Part shown: piece after piece, positions 5,674-13,856 of the stretch
How the letters are laid out: the number at the start of each line of letters is the position of its first letter
Position numbering within the stretch: position 1 is the stretch's first letter
From: a candidate division WOR-3 bacterium
Lineage (GTDB): Bacteria > Hydrothermota > Tepidihabitantia > SM23-42 > CAYGYG01
DNA length: 15,756 nucleotides
NCBI GenBank assembly: GCA_965648915.1
Contig: CBFGIV010000053.1
Coordinates: forward strand, 1 to 15,756
Reading direction: 5' to 3'
The notes under the pieces: generated by a model
Seen by the model: the letters and a program-made list of their open reading frames with translations, nothing else
Database searches by the model: none
Told to the model about the DNA's origin: nothing
Program-made: the position numbers and the translations under genes

Positions 5674-7242
5674 ATGGAGATCAAAGAGACCGATTTCCTC
5701 ATAATCGGTAGCGGGATCGCCGGGTTGACTTTTGCCAATCGACTTAAAGATAGTGGTAAGATTCTGGTTATCACAAAGAAACGGAATGTAGATTCAAATA
5801 CAAACTATGCCCAGGGCGGAATTGCTTCAGTCTTTGGGCCTGATGATTCTTTTGAGTCCCATATTGAAGATACGATCAAGGCTGGTGAAGGGCTCTCTAA
5901 CCGTGAAGCGGTCGAGATTATGGTGAAAAGTGGCCCAAAATTAGTTATGGAACTTTATGAAATGGGGTGTCAATTTACTACCACGCAGAGAGAGACAGGG
6001 AGAAAAGAGTTTGATCTCGGCCAGGAAGGAGGACACTCTCATCGTCGCATTGTCCACGCCCGGGATTCTACCGGACGCGAGATTGAAAGGATATTGATTG
6101 ATCAGGTAAGCAGGTCAAAATCGATCGAGGTTATTGAAAATGGACTTGTGCTGGATTTGATTGTTGAAGAAGATGAATGTTTTGGTGCCTACTACTTCGA
6201 TTACCAAAAGAATGATCTGGTAGCTGTATTGAGTAACATAACCTTGATTGCAACCGGTGGTTGCGGTCAGATTTATAAGTATACAACCAATCCATTAATC
6301 GCAACCGGTGATGGTGTGGCAATGGCCTATCGGGCTGGAGCCAAGATCGCCAATATGGAATTTGTGCAGTTTCATCCTACTGCGGTATATAACATTTCGA
6401 TCGATGGCCGCGCCTTCCTGGTTACAGAAGCCGCCCGGGGCGAAGGTGGGATATTAAAGACTAAAGATGGTAAAACCTTTATGGAGAATTATCATCCGCT
6501 CGGTTCTTTAGCACCAAGGGATATCGTGGCGCGCGCCTGCTATATGGAGATGAAGAAGACCAATGCTGATTATTGCCTCTTAGATTTAACACATTTAAAA
6601 AGCACCGTCCTTAAAGAGCGATTCCCGGTTATCTACGAAACATTGATTAAGTATAATATCGATATTACCAAAGACCCAATCCCGGTTGTCCCGGTTGCCC
6701 ATTATTTCTGCGGTGGGATTAAAACCGATACCTGGGCCCGTTCATCGATTAAACGGCTCCTCGCTGCGGGTGAGGTAGCTTCGACCGGGGTCCACGGTGC
6801 CAATCGGCTGGCATCAAACTCTCTGCTCGAGGCCCTGGTTTTTGCCCGGCGCGGTGCCGAAGCGGCTGAGTCTTATCCGAAAGTTTCCCGGACCAATTTA
6901 AAACTAAATTATGAAATTGGTAGTCAGCGCCTGCATAATATAAGGGACGAGATCAAGGATATTATGCATCGATGCGGAGGAATTGTCCGTAATCTCTCTG
7001 ATCTTAATTACGGCCTGGACCGACTTGGAGGATTACTCAAAATGATACCTGAAAGACTTGCCCCTGAGGATATGGTTTTACGTAATATGGGAGAAGTAGG
7101 CTGGCTGATTTTAAAATCGGCAAGTATGAGGCTTGAGTCCCGTGGTCTTCACTGCATGGAAGATTTTCCCAACAAAAGCAGTGAGTTTGAAAAAGACACT
7201 ATTGTTGATAAACAACTACTCGTTTTGCCCTGCCCTGGATAA
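5674..7242 (+). CDS. nadB: L-aspartate oxidase
   Basis: GSGIAG FAD motif, SNTNYAQGGIA, EGGHSHRRIVHA, EFVQFHPT, LAPRDIVAR, AHYFCGG, TGVHGANRLASNSLLE and ESRGLH. Confidence 0.95.
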   Translation: MEIKETDFLIIGSGIAGLTFANRLKDSGKILVITKKRNVDSNTNYAQGGIASVFGPDDSFESHIEDTIKAGEGLSNREAVEIMVKSGPKLVMELYEMGCQFTTTQRETGRKEFDLGQEGGHSHRRIVHARDSTGREIERILIDQVSRSKSIEVIENGLVLDLIVEEDECFGAYYFDYQKNDLVAVLSNITLIATGGCGQIYKYTTNPLIATGDGVAMAYRAGAKIANMEFVQFHPTAVYNISIDGRAFLVTEAARGEGGILKTKDGKTFMENYHPLGSLAPRDIVARACYMEMKKTNADYCLLDLTHLKSTVLKERFPVIYETLIKYNIDITKDPIPVVPVAHYFCGGIKTDTWARSSIKRLLAAGEVASTGVHGANRLASNSLLEALVFARRGAEAAESYPKVSRTNLKLNYEIGSQRLHNIRDEIKDIMHRCGGIVRNLSDLNYGLDRLGGLLKMIPERLAPEDMVLRNMGEVGWLILKSASMRLESRGLHCMEDFPNKSSEFEKDTIVDKQLLVLPCPG

Positions 7243-7297
7243 TTTTCAACTCTATGGCGATAGCGATAATAAGAAAGAGTTCAAAAATAGGAGTAAA

Positions 7298-7561
7298 ATG
7301 AAAGAAGGTGAGATTGAGGTCCTCCTTGAATTGGGTCAGTCATATCTGCTCAATAAAAAGTACAAGGAGGCAATTGTCAAGTTTAAGGAGGTAATGAATT
7401 TAAATCCACACGATCCTGAGATCTATTATTATCTCGGGATGGCATATGAGGGTGATAATCAGACTGGCGAGGCGATAAAGATGTATCGAAGGGCCTTAAG
7501 CCTTAAGCCAAATTTTGAAGAGGCCAAGATCGGTCTTAACCGGCTTGAGGAGAAAAAGTAA
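7298..7561 (+). CDS. small tetratricopeptide repeat protein (87 aa)
   Basis: Start moved to ATG 7298 (SD AGGAG at 7289-7293; this removes the overlap with nadB). Two TPR motifs: LGQSYL...EAI...LNP and LGMAY...EAI...ALSLKP. Confidence 0.85.
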   Translation: MKEGEIEVLLELGQSYLLNKKYKEAIVKFKEVMNLNPHDPEIYYYLGMAYEGDNQTGEAIKMYRRALSLKPNFEEAKIGLNRLEEKK

Positions 7562-7569
7562 TACTTCTA

Positions 7570-7598
7570 TTGACAGGGTGCTTTTTTGTTGATATGAT
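7570..7598 (+). promoter_or_regulatory. sigma70-type promoter heading the long operon
   Basis: TTGACA (7570-7575), 17 bp, TATGAT (7593-7598). Confidence 0.6.
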
Positions 7599-7686
7599 TG
7601 ATATATCTTAACTTGATTTATGAGTAAAAATGTAATTGGCTGGCACATTGACAATTTATTAAATTTGAAAAACTATGGGAGGCATA

Positions 7687-8337
7687 ATGATTGATTATTA
7701 TGCAGTCCTGGGTCTGACCAAACATGCTACGGCAACCGAGATAAAGAGTGCCTATCTTAAACTCGCCCGCCAGTACCACCCGGATCGATTTCAAACTGAA
7801 AAAGAGAAAAAAGAAGCAAATGAACGTTTTGCCCTGATCACCCAGGCATACAAGATCTTGAGCGAGGAAAGATTGAAACAGGAATATGATAAGTCTTTCC
7901 ATCTTGATACCACGGGAAAGCCCATCGAAACGGCAACAATTGTTCAGGCCAAGAACGCTTTCAAACGGGCCCTGGTTCTGTTGAAGCAGGGAGACTACTG
8001 GCGTGCGGCCAATCTTTTAAGAATGGCAAACCGCTATGACCCGGATAAAGCCCTCTATATCAGTTATCTCGGTCTTGCTCTGGTTCATACCAAACAGTAT
8101 GCCCAGGAAGGATTTGAAAAACTCCATGAAGCGATGAAGAAAGAGTTGTTCAATCCCATAATCTATATCAACCTTGCCCTGGCTTACGAGAAGGCGGGTG
8201 ACCGAGAAAAGGCAATCCACTTTTACCGGGAAACGCTTAACTGGGATCCGAAAAACGAAACCGCAATTAGAGAACTGGCTCGATTGAGTAATAACAAGAA
8301 GAAAGGGTTCTTCTCAAAATTATTTGGAGGCGGTTAA
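7687..8337 (+). CDS. J-domain (DnaJ-like) protein with C-terminal TPR repeats
   Basis: DYYAVLG...IKSAYLKLARQYHPD...F..I.QAY.ILS J-domain with intact HPD, followed by TPR helices. SD GGAGG at 7678-7682 favours ATG 7687. Confidence 0.9.
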   Translation: MIDYYAVLGLTKHATATEIKSAYLKLARQYHPDRFQTEKEKKEANERFALITQAYKILSEERLKQEYDKSFHLDTTGKPIETATIVQAKNAFKRALVLLKQGDYWRAANLLRMANRYDPDKALYISYLGLALVHTKQYAQEGFEKLHEAMKKELFNPIIYINLALAYEKAGDREKAIHFYRETLNWDPKNETAIRELARLSNNKKKGFFSKLFGGG

Positions 8338-8338
8338 C

Positions 8339-9184
8339 TTGGCGAAATCGATTCGGCGCCCCGTCGTCAGTGGTTCATTCTATTCCGGTAATCGTAAAGA
8401 ACTGGAGAGTGAATTGAATCAATTACTCAATAATGCAGATCGAGTAGAGCATAAAGGCAGGATCCGGATGATAATTGTGCCCCACGCCGGATATGTCTAT
8501 TCAGGTTCAATCGCTGCCTGTGCCTACAAACAGGTAATGGGTGGTGATTATCGAAGCATCGTCATCATCGGGCCAAGCCACCGGGCCGGATTTGATGGAG
8601 CGGTGGTAGATGCCGATCGAATATGGCAGACCCCGATTGGTGAAAGTATAATTGATGATACGGCAGTTCAGAAGTTAGTCACGGCTGAAAAGAGAATCAG
8701 GATAAATTCGGCTCTGTTCGATGAGGAACATTCGCTCGAGGTTCAGTTACCTTTCTTACAGAAGACACTACCTGATTGTAAGATTGTGCCGATTATGGTT
8801 GGCAGTCAGGACTGGCAAAATTGTGAATTACTGGGCAATGCCATTGCCCATACCTTCCGGAGCGAAGAGATTTTAATCATTGCCTCTTCAGACCTCTATC
8901 ATGGTTATTCTTATAAGGAGTGTGTCGCCACTGACCAGTTTACCATTCAGGCGATCGAAAAATTTGAACCAAGACAACTGGCCCGGGCATTACATGAAAA
9001 TAAAGCCCAGGCCTGCGGGGGAGGGGCAATCGTCGCCGGTCAATGGGCGGCCGCACAACTGGGCGGAAAGAGAGTGGTTACGCTCAAATATGCTAATTCC
9101 AATGATATAACCAATACCCGGGAAGGTTATGTGGTTGGTTATGTGGCTGCGATGATATTAAATCCTTCGAGTTATGAAAAATAA
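8339..9184 (+). CDS. amrB: AmmeMemoRadiSam system protein B (MEMO1 family)
   Basis: RRPVVSGSFY, VPHAGYVYSG, GPSH, EHSLEVQLPFLQ, ASSDLYH, ACG and VVGY. TTG start at 8339 with SD GGAGG at 8326-8330. Confidence 0.92.
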   Translation: MAKSIRRPVVSGSFYSGNRKELESELNQLLNNADRVEHKGRIRMIIVPHAGYVYSGSIAACAYKQVMGGDYRSIVIIGPSHRAGFDGAVVDADRIWQTPIGESIIDDTAVQKLVTAEKRIRINSALFDEEHSLEVQLPFLQKTLPDCKIVPIMVGSQDWQNCELLGNAIAHTFRSEEILIIASSDLYHGYSYKECVATDQFTIQAIEKFEPRQLARALHENKAQACGGGAIVAGQWAAAQLGGKRVVTLKYANSNDITNTREGYVVGYVAAMILNPSSYEK

Positions 9185-9770
9185 TTCTCACAGTAAATCT
9201 GATTGGCAGTTAAAATTTTTGCCGTCCGAGGAGGTTGAAATTTTGAGTATGGCAAGAGAGACGATTGTGCGGTGTAGCAGAGGTGAACGTCTACCTGTAT
9301 TCAGGCCCAATTCTTCACGATTGAACGAACCTTACGGGGTTTTTGTTACCTTAAAAAAAAGTGATGAACTGCGCGGTTGTATCGGTTATGTGGAGGCAAT
9401 AAAACCGCTCTCTCAGGCGATCCCTTTGATGGCGCATGCCGCCGCATTTGAAGACCCGAGATTCCCACCGGTCCAAAGCGACGAAGTGGCTGATTTAGAT
9501 ATTGAAGTTACTATCCTTTCCCCCTTACGCAAAATAAGTTCTATTGAAGAGATTGAGATTGGTCGCCATGGCCTTATGGTCAAACAGGGTTTGAGACAGG
9601 GTCTGCTTTTACCCCAGGTGGCAGTTGAAGAAGATTGGGATCGTGAGACCTTTCTCCGGCATACTTGTTTAAAGGCAGGACTTTCTCCAGATGACTACAG
9701 GAAGCAATCGGTTGATATTTATATCTTCGAGGGACTTATCATCAGGGAGAAGGATAGAAAAAAGATATGA
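9174..9770 (+). CDS. amrA: AmmeMemoRadiSam system protein A (AMMECR1 family)
   Basis: GVFVTL...LRGCIG, AAFEDPRFPPV, GLLLPQVA and CLKAGL. Confidence 0.92.
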   Translation: MKNNSHSKSDWQLKFLPSEEVEILSMARETIVRCSRGERLPVFRPNSSRLNEPYGVFVTLKKSDELRGCIGYVEAIKPLSQAIPLMAHAAAFEDPRFPPVQSDEVADLDIEVTILSPLRKISSIEEIEIGRHGLMVKQGLRQGLLLPQVAVEEDWDRETFLRHTCLKAGLSPDDYRKQSVDIYIFEGLIIREKDRKKI

Positions 9771-10018
9771 AAAAAACAAATCTCCTCGAGGCCTTAGAAG
9801 AGATTGCCAAACAATTCTCCATCCGGGTAATCTATGACCAATTTTTTGGTCAGGGCGGATTCTGTCGTCTTAAAGACCAGCCTTATATTATTCTCAACAA
9901 AACATTATCCTATGAAACCAAGATCAATCTCTTTCTCGATGGATTAAAAAAATTCCCCCTCCACTCGATCCAACTACCACCCCGGGTCAAAGAATTGATT
10001 GAAAAAGGTAAGAGTTGA
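9767..10018 (+). CDS. hypothetical 83-aa protein (GGxCRL motif)
   Basis: ATGA overlap with amrA and overlap with the next gene; normal protein composition. Confidence 0.75.
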   Translation: MKKTNLLEALEEIAKQFSIRVIYDQFFGQGGFCRLKDQPYIILNKTLSYETKINLFLDGLKKFPLHSIQLPPRVKELIEKGKS

Positions 10019-10245
10019 TTTACCCCATTCTCTTTATAATATTTCTGGGACTATTTTTGTGGCTGATCAACATCAAATTCCTTAATTGGGCTGGTGATTG
10101 GCCACTCCTTTTGGTTGTTTCGGGAATTATCATTTTAATTCGAAGTTTCCGGAGGAGAAATCAGGACAAAATAATTGACCACTTAAGAGAGGGGAAGATC
10201 TCAGTCGATGAGGCTGTGTGTCAATTAAGGAAAGGTAACCAGTGA
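10015..10245 (+). CDS. small two-TM membrane protein (LiaF/DUF5668-like WPLLL motif) with a SHOCT-like C-terminal tail
   Basis: Two hydrophobic segments, WPLLLVVSGIIIL, then IIDHLREGKISVDEA; TTGA and GTGA overlaps on either side. Confidence 0.7.
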   Translation: MIYPILFIIFLGLFLWLINIKFLNWAGDWPLLLVVSGIIILIRSFRRRNQDKIIDHLREGKISVDEAVCQLRKGNQ

Positions 10246-10832
10246 CACCGGTACTGGAGAGATTGATTGAAGAGTTACAGAAATTACCCGGCATCGGCCG
10301 TAAGACTGCCCAGCGTCTGACTTTTTTTATTCTCCGGATGTCAAAAGAAGAAGTAATGACTCTGGCTCGAACGATTCAGGAGGCGAAGTCGAAACTCAAG
10401 TACTGTTCGATCTGTTTCAACTTTACCGAGGAGGATCCCTGCCGGTTCTGTCGGGATGTGCTGAGGCATCAGGATCTCATCTGCGTTGTTGAGGAGCCTT
10501 CAGATGTTCTTACGATTGAACGGACCGGCTCATATAAAGGACTCTATCACATTCTTCACGGCGCAATCTCGCCCATCGATAATATTGGTCCTGACCAGTT
10601 GAAGATAAAAGAGTTGATCTACCGAGTTGAACAGAATAATATTAAAGAAGTTATCATTGCAACCAATCCAACCACTGAAGGTGAAGCAACGGCAATCTAT
10701 ATTGCAAAATTGCTAAAACCTCTTGGTATAAAAGTAACACGAATTGCGCGCGGCATTCCGATGGGGAGTGATCTGAATCTGGCCGATGAAATTACGTTGG
10801 GCCGGGCAATCGAAGGGAGGAGGGAAATCTGA
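10242..10832 (+). CDS. recR: recombination mediator RecR
   Basis: LPGIGRKTAQRL HhH, CSIC..CRFC zinc finger, and Toprim motifs ICVVE, EVIIATNPTTEGEATA and TRIARGIPMG. Confidence 0.97.
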   Translation: MTPVLERLIEELQKLPGIGRKTAQRLTFFILRMSKEEVMTLARTIQEAKSKLKYCSICFNFTEEDPCRFCRDVLRHQDLICVVEEPSDVLTIERTGSYKGLYHILHGAISPIDNIGPDQLKIKELIYRVEQNNIKEVIIATNPTTEGEATAIYIAKLLKPLGIKVTRIARGIPMGSDLNLADEITLGRAIEGRREI

Positions 10833-11578
10833 TGACTGATATTAAGATTAAACAGATTCTCGAGGATGTTAGAAGGCGACGACTGTCGGTGGAAAAGGCC
10901 ATGGAACAACTTAAATATCTACCTTTTAAGGATATTGGTTTTGCCAAAATTGATACCCACCGTTCCTTACGCCGGGGGATACCCGAGATAATCTATGGGC
11001 CATCAAAAACGGTCGATGAGCTCATCAAAATCGTCAGACTTCTTTATCGAATTGAACGGCAGGTAATAATTACCCGGCTTGATTCGAAAAAAGCTCGATT
11101 ATTGAAAAAGAGATTTCCCCGGGGCAAATTTTTTGGAAAGGCCGGTATCTTTTTTATCGGCAAAAAGATCAAGCCTGCTTCAAAAAGTATGATCGGTGTC
11201 ATAACCGCGGGTTCGGGCGACCGGACAGTAGCGGAAGAGGCAGCAATTATCTGTGAAATATTCGGTCATCGAGTCAAACGCTTCTTTGATATAGGCGTGG
11301 CCGGTATCCATCGCCTCATTGCCTCTTATCAGGCTATCGATAACTGCCGGGTTTTGATTGTTGTGGCAGGAATGGATGGAGCACTCCCCAGTGTTATTGG
11401 TGGACTGGTGGGCAAGCCGATCATTGCCGTTCCGACCAGTGTTGGCTATGGTGCAAACTTTCAGGGTCTGGCACCTCTTCTTACTATGCTCAATTCCTGT
11501 GCACCGGGTGTTGCTGTGGTTAATATTGATAATGGTTTTGGGGCAGGCTATCTGGCATCGTTGATCAATTCATTATGA
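10832..11578 (+). CDS. larB: nickel pincer cofactor biosynthesis protein LarB (PurE-like)
   Basis: FAKIDTHRSLRRGIPE, DIGVAGIHRL, VAGMDGALPSV, AVPTSVGYG and MLNSCAPGVAVVNIDNGFGA. Confidence 0.93.
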   Translation: MTDIKIKQILEDVRRRRLSVEKAMEQLKYLPFKDIGFAKIDTHRSLRRGIPEIIYGPSKTVDELIKIVRLLYRIERQVIITRLDSKKARLLKKRFPRGKFFGKAGIFFIGKKIKPASKSMIGVITAGSGDRTVAEEAAIICEIFGHRVKRFFDIGVAGIHRLIASYQAIDNCRVLIVVAGMDGALPSVIGGLVGKPIIAVPTSVGYGANFQGLAPLLTMLNSCAPGVAVVNIDNGFGAGYLASLINSL

Positions 11579-12729
11579 GGGTTTTACTTTTCGACCCCAT
11601 CCCTGGAGCAAGTGGTGATATGATACTTTCGGCTCTTATTGATCTCGGGGTTGATCCTCGTTACCTTGAAAAGATAATCTTAAAGACCGGTTTCAAAAGA
11701 TTCAGGATTATCGTCCAGGATGTGCGCCGTCAGACAATCAGGGCCAAGTTAGTAAAATTTGATTTTGATACCACTATAGCCGCTGAAAATTTTATTCCTG
11801 TCATAAAGAAATCTAACCTCACTGAGTTTGTAAAGATTAATAGCATCAAGACCATCAAACGTATATTTGAAACAGAATCCAGAGTTCATAAGAGAAGGAA
11901 TCCTCACCTGCACGAACTGGCCGACCTTGATACATTTATCGACATTGTCTGCAGTTTTGCCGGTATTGAATTCCTTAAGGTGGATAAGATTTATTCTCGA
12001 CCGCTCAAGGCGGGACAGGGTTTTATCGATACCGCCCACGGCCGGATGCCGGCTTTTAACCTTGCCACTGCCGAACTCTTAAAAGATAGGGCGGTTGAGT
12101 TTTTACCGATTGATTTTGAGCTCACCACACCTACCGGTGCTGCAATTATTTCCAGCATTGCCGAACCGATTAATAACTTACCGATTGAAAAGATTCTGTC
12201 TATTGGCTATGGTGCCGGCACGCGAGAACTTGAGGGTTATCCAAACATTATGAGAATTTTTTTAGGTGAGATGGCGAGCAGTCAGCCGGACGCGGTCACT
12301 CTCCTTGAAACCAATCTTGATGATCAGAACCCGCAGATCTACGACTATCTCTTCGATCGACTCTTTGAAGCAGGCGCCCTTGATGTCTATCTGATTCCCA
12401 CAATCCAGAAAAAATCCCGGCCCGGTGTGTTGCTGAATGTTATCTGTCGAAGATCCGCGGTCGAGGAACTTTTAAGAATAATATTCAGTGAGACCACCTC
12501 TTTGGGCGTGCGCATAGTCAATCTCGATCGGCGAATTCTCCCGAGAGAGATCAAGAGGATCAAAACACCATTGGGTATGATGAGATACAAGATAGCCCAT
12601 ATTGACCAAAGACCCAAAATATCACTGGAATATGAAGATTTGAAAAAGATTGCCCGTAAGTCAAAACAGCCACTGATCGATGTCCAGAATATCGTTTTGA
12701 AATACCTGACAAAGGGTCTTAAAAAATAA
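11575..12729 (+). CDS. larC: nickel pincer cofactor biosynthesis protein LarC (nickel insertase)
   Basis: GASGDMILSAL, HLHE, ELTTPTGAAI, GYGAG, LETNLDD, KKSRPG, ETTSLGVR and EYED. Confidence 0.92.
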   Translation: MRVLLFDPIPGASGDMILSALIDLGVDPRYLEKIILKTGFKRFRIIVQDVRRQTIRAKLVKFDFDTTIAAENFIPVIKKSNLTEFVKINSIKTIKRIFETESRVHKRRNPHLHELADLDTFIDIVCSFAGIEFLKVDKIYSRPLKAGQGFIDTAHGRMPAFNLATAELLKDRAVEFLPIDFELTTPTGAAIISSIAEPINNLPIEKILSIGYGAGTRELEGYPNIMRIFLGEMASSQPDAVTLLETNLDDQNPQIYDYLFDRLFEAGALDVYLIPTIQKKSRPGVLLNVICRRSAVEELLRIIFSETTSLGVRIVNLDRRILPREIKRIKTPLGMMRYKIAHIDQRPKISLEYEDLKKIARKSKQPLIDVQNIVLKYLTKGLKK

Positions 12730-12734
12730 ACATT

Positions 12735-13292
12735 ATGACTGAAAATCTGTCTAAATACTATGACGAAGAAGATGCTAAATTGGTCGCCCGGGTAAAGATG
12801 GGGGATCTCACTGCGTTCGACGAACTGGTGCAGAGGCATGAAGTGCGTATCTACAACTTGTGTTACAGGATGTTACACGATCAGAACGATGCCCATGAAC
12901 TGGCACAGGATACATTTGTCAAAGCATACCGCGCAATCGGAAAGTTTGATGGCCGTTCAAGTTTTTCTACCTGGCTTTACAGAATAGCGGTCAATAACTG
13001 TATAAACTTTTTAAAGAAGAGACCAAAAGAATTAAACCTTGAGTCATCCTATGAAGGCATATCTTCTTATAATCCCGAGGCGACTTATCGACGCAGGATA
13101 ATGTCAAAAATCCTGCATAAGGCGATCGAGATGTTACCTGAAGTCCAGCGCGCGGTCTTCACATTAAAGCAGATCGAAGGTTTATCATATAAGGAGATTG
13201 CTGACCACCTCGGCAAATCGGTTGGAACGATAAAAGCAAGCCATCACCAGGCGGTTATTAATTTGAAAAATTACCTAAAAAACAAGATATAG
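12735..13292 (+). CDS. ECF-family RNA polymerase sigma factor
   Basis: Region 2 (DAHELAQDTFVKAY...SSFSTWLYRIAVN) and region 4 HTH (GLSYKEIADHLGKSVGTIKA). Confidence 0.93.
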   Translation: MTENLSKYYDEEDAKLVARVKMGDLTAFDELVQRHEVRIYNLCYRMLHDQNDAHELAQDTFVKAYRAIGKFDGRSSFSTWLYRIAVNNCINFLKKRPKELNLESSYEGISSYNPEATYRRRIMSKILHKAIEMLPEVQRAVFTLKQIEGLSYKEIADHLGKSVGTIKASHHQAVINLKNYLKNKI

Positions 13293-13298
13293 TAGTAT

Positions 13299-13856
13299 AT
13301 GTTAAACAAACACATTAACTGTTATAAAATTCGCGATGCACTGATTGATTATGTCTGTGGTGAACTTGACCAGGACTATGAGGCCCTGGTTAGAGAACAT
13401 ATCAGTATCTGTCCCGATTGTCAGAATGAACTTGAACTTTTGCAATCGATCGGTGATGCTGTCTCTTCAGAAGAGATGCCGGTATTAACCCAGAGTTTCT
13501 GGCAGGGTTTCATTGTTGAAGTTCACCAGAGGATTGAAGTTAATAAGAAAAGAACATTTCCTTTCTGGATTATGCCGGCGGCGGCTGGACTTATATTAAT
13601 CATTGGCCTTGGATACTTATTAACCAAAGGAGAAAAAAGGGAATTGGGACAATCCCCGCTTATCGATCGAGATTCAGTCATTGTCAGAGATATCCAGACA
13701 TTCTCCCAATCCGAGATTGAAAGCATTATAAAAAGCATAGGTGAGAAGCAAGAATTGAATCAATACCTGTGGGATTTAGGGAATATTGAATCTGATCATT
13801 TTAAACGCCTTGTAAAAGAAGAGATCCTCTTAGAAAAAGACTTGATCCAAAAGTGA
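13299..13856 (+). CDS. membrane-anchored zinc-finger (zf-HC2/ZAS) anti-sigma factor
   Basis: N-terminal Cys plus HISICPDC (HxxxCxxC), one TM helix (WIMPAAAGLILIIGLGYLL), directly downstream of the ECF sigma. Confidence 0.85.
   Translation: MLNKHINCYKIRDALIDYVCGELDQDYEALVREHISICPDCQNELELLQSIGDAVSSEEMPVLTQSFWQGFIVEVHQRIEVNKKRTFPFWIMPAAAGLILIIGLGYLLTKGEKRELGQSPLIDRDSVIVRDIQTFSQSEIESIIKSIGEKQELNQYLWDLGNIESDHFKRLVKEEILLEKDLIQK

Noticed and set aside
7133..7297. N-terminal extension of the TPR ORF overlapping nadB
   Set aside because: It would overlap nadB by 110 bp with non-TPR sequence, and a good SD-ATG exists at 7298.
7648..7676. Second TTGACA before the J-domain gene as a promoter
   Set aside because: No acceptable -10 hexamer at 16-18 bp spacing.
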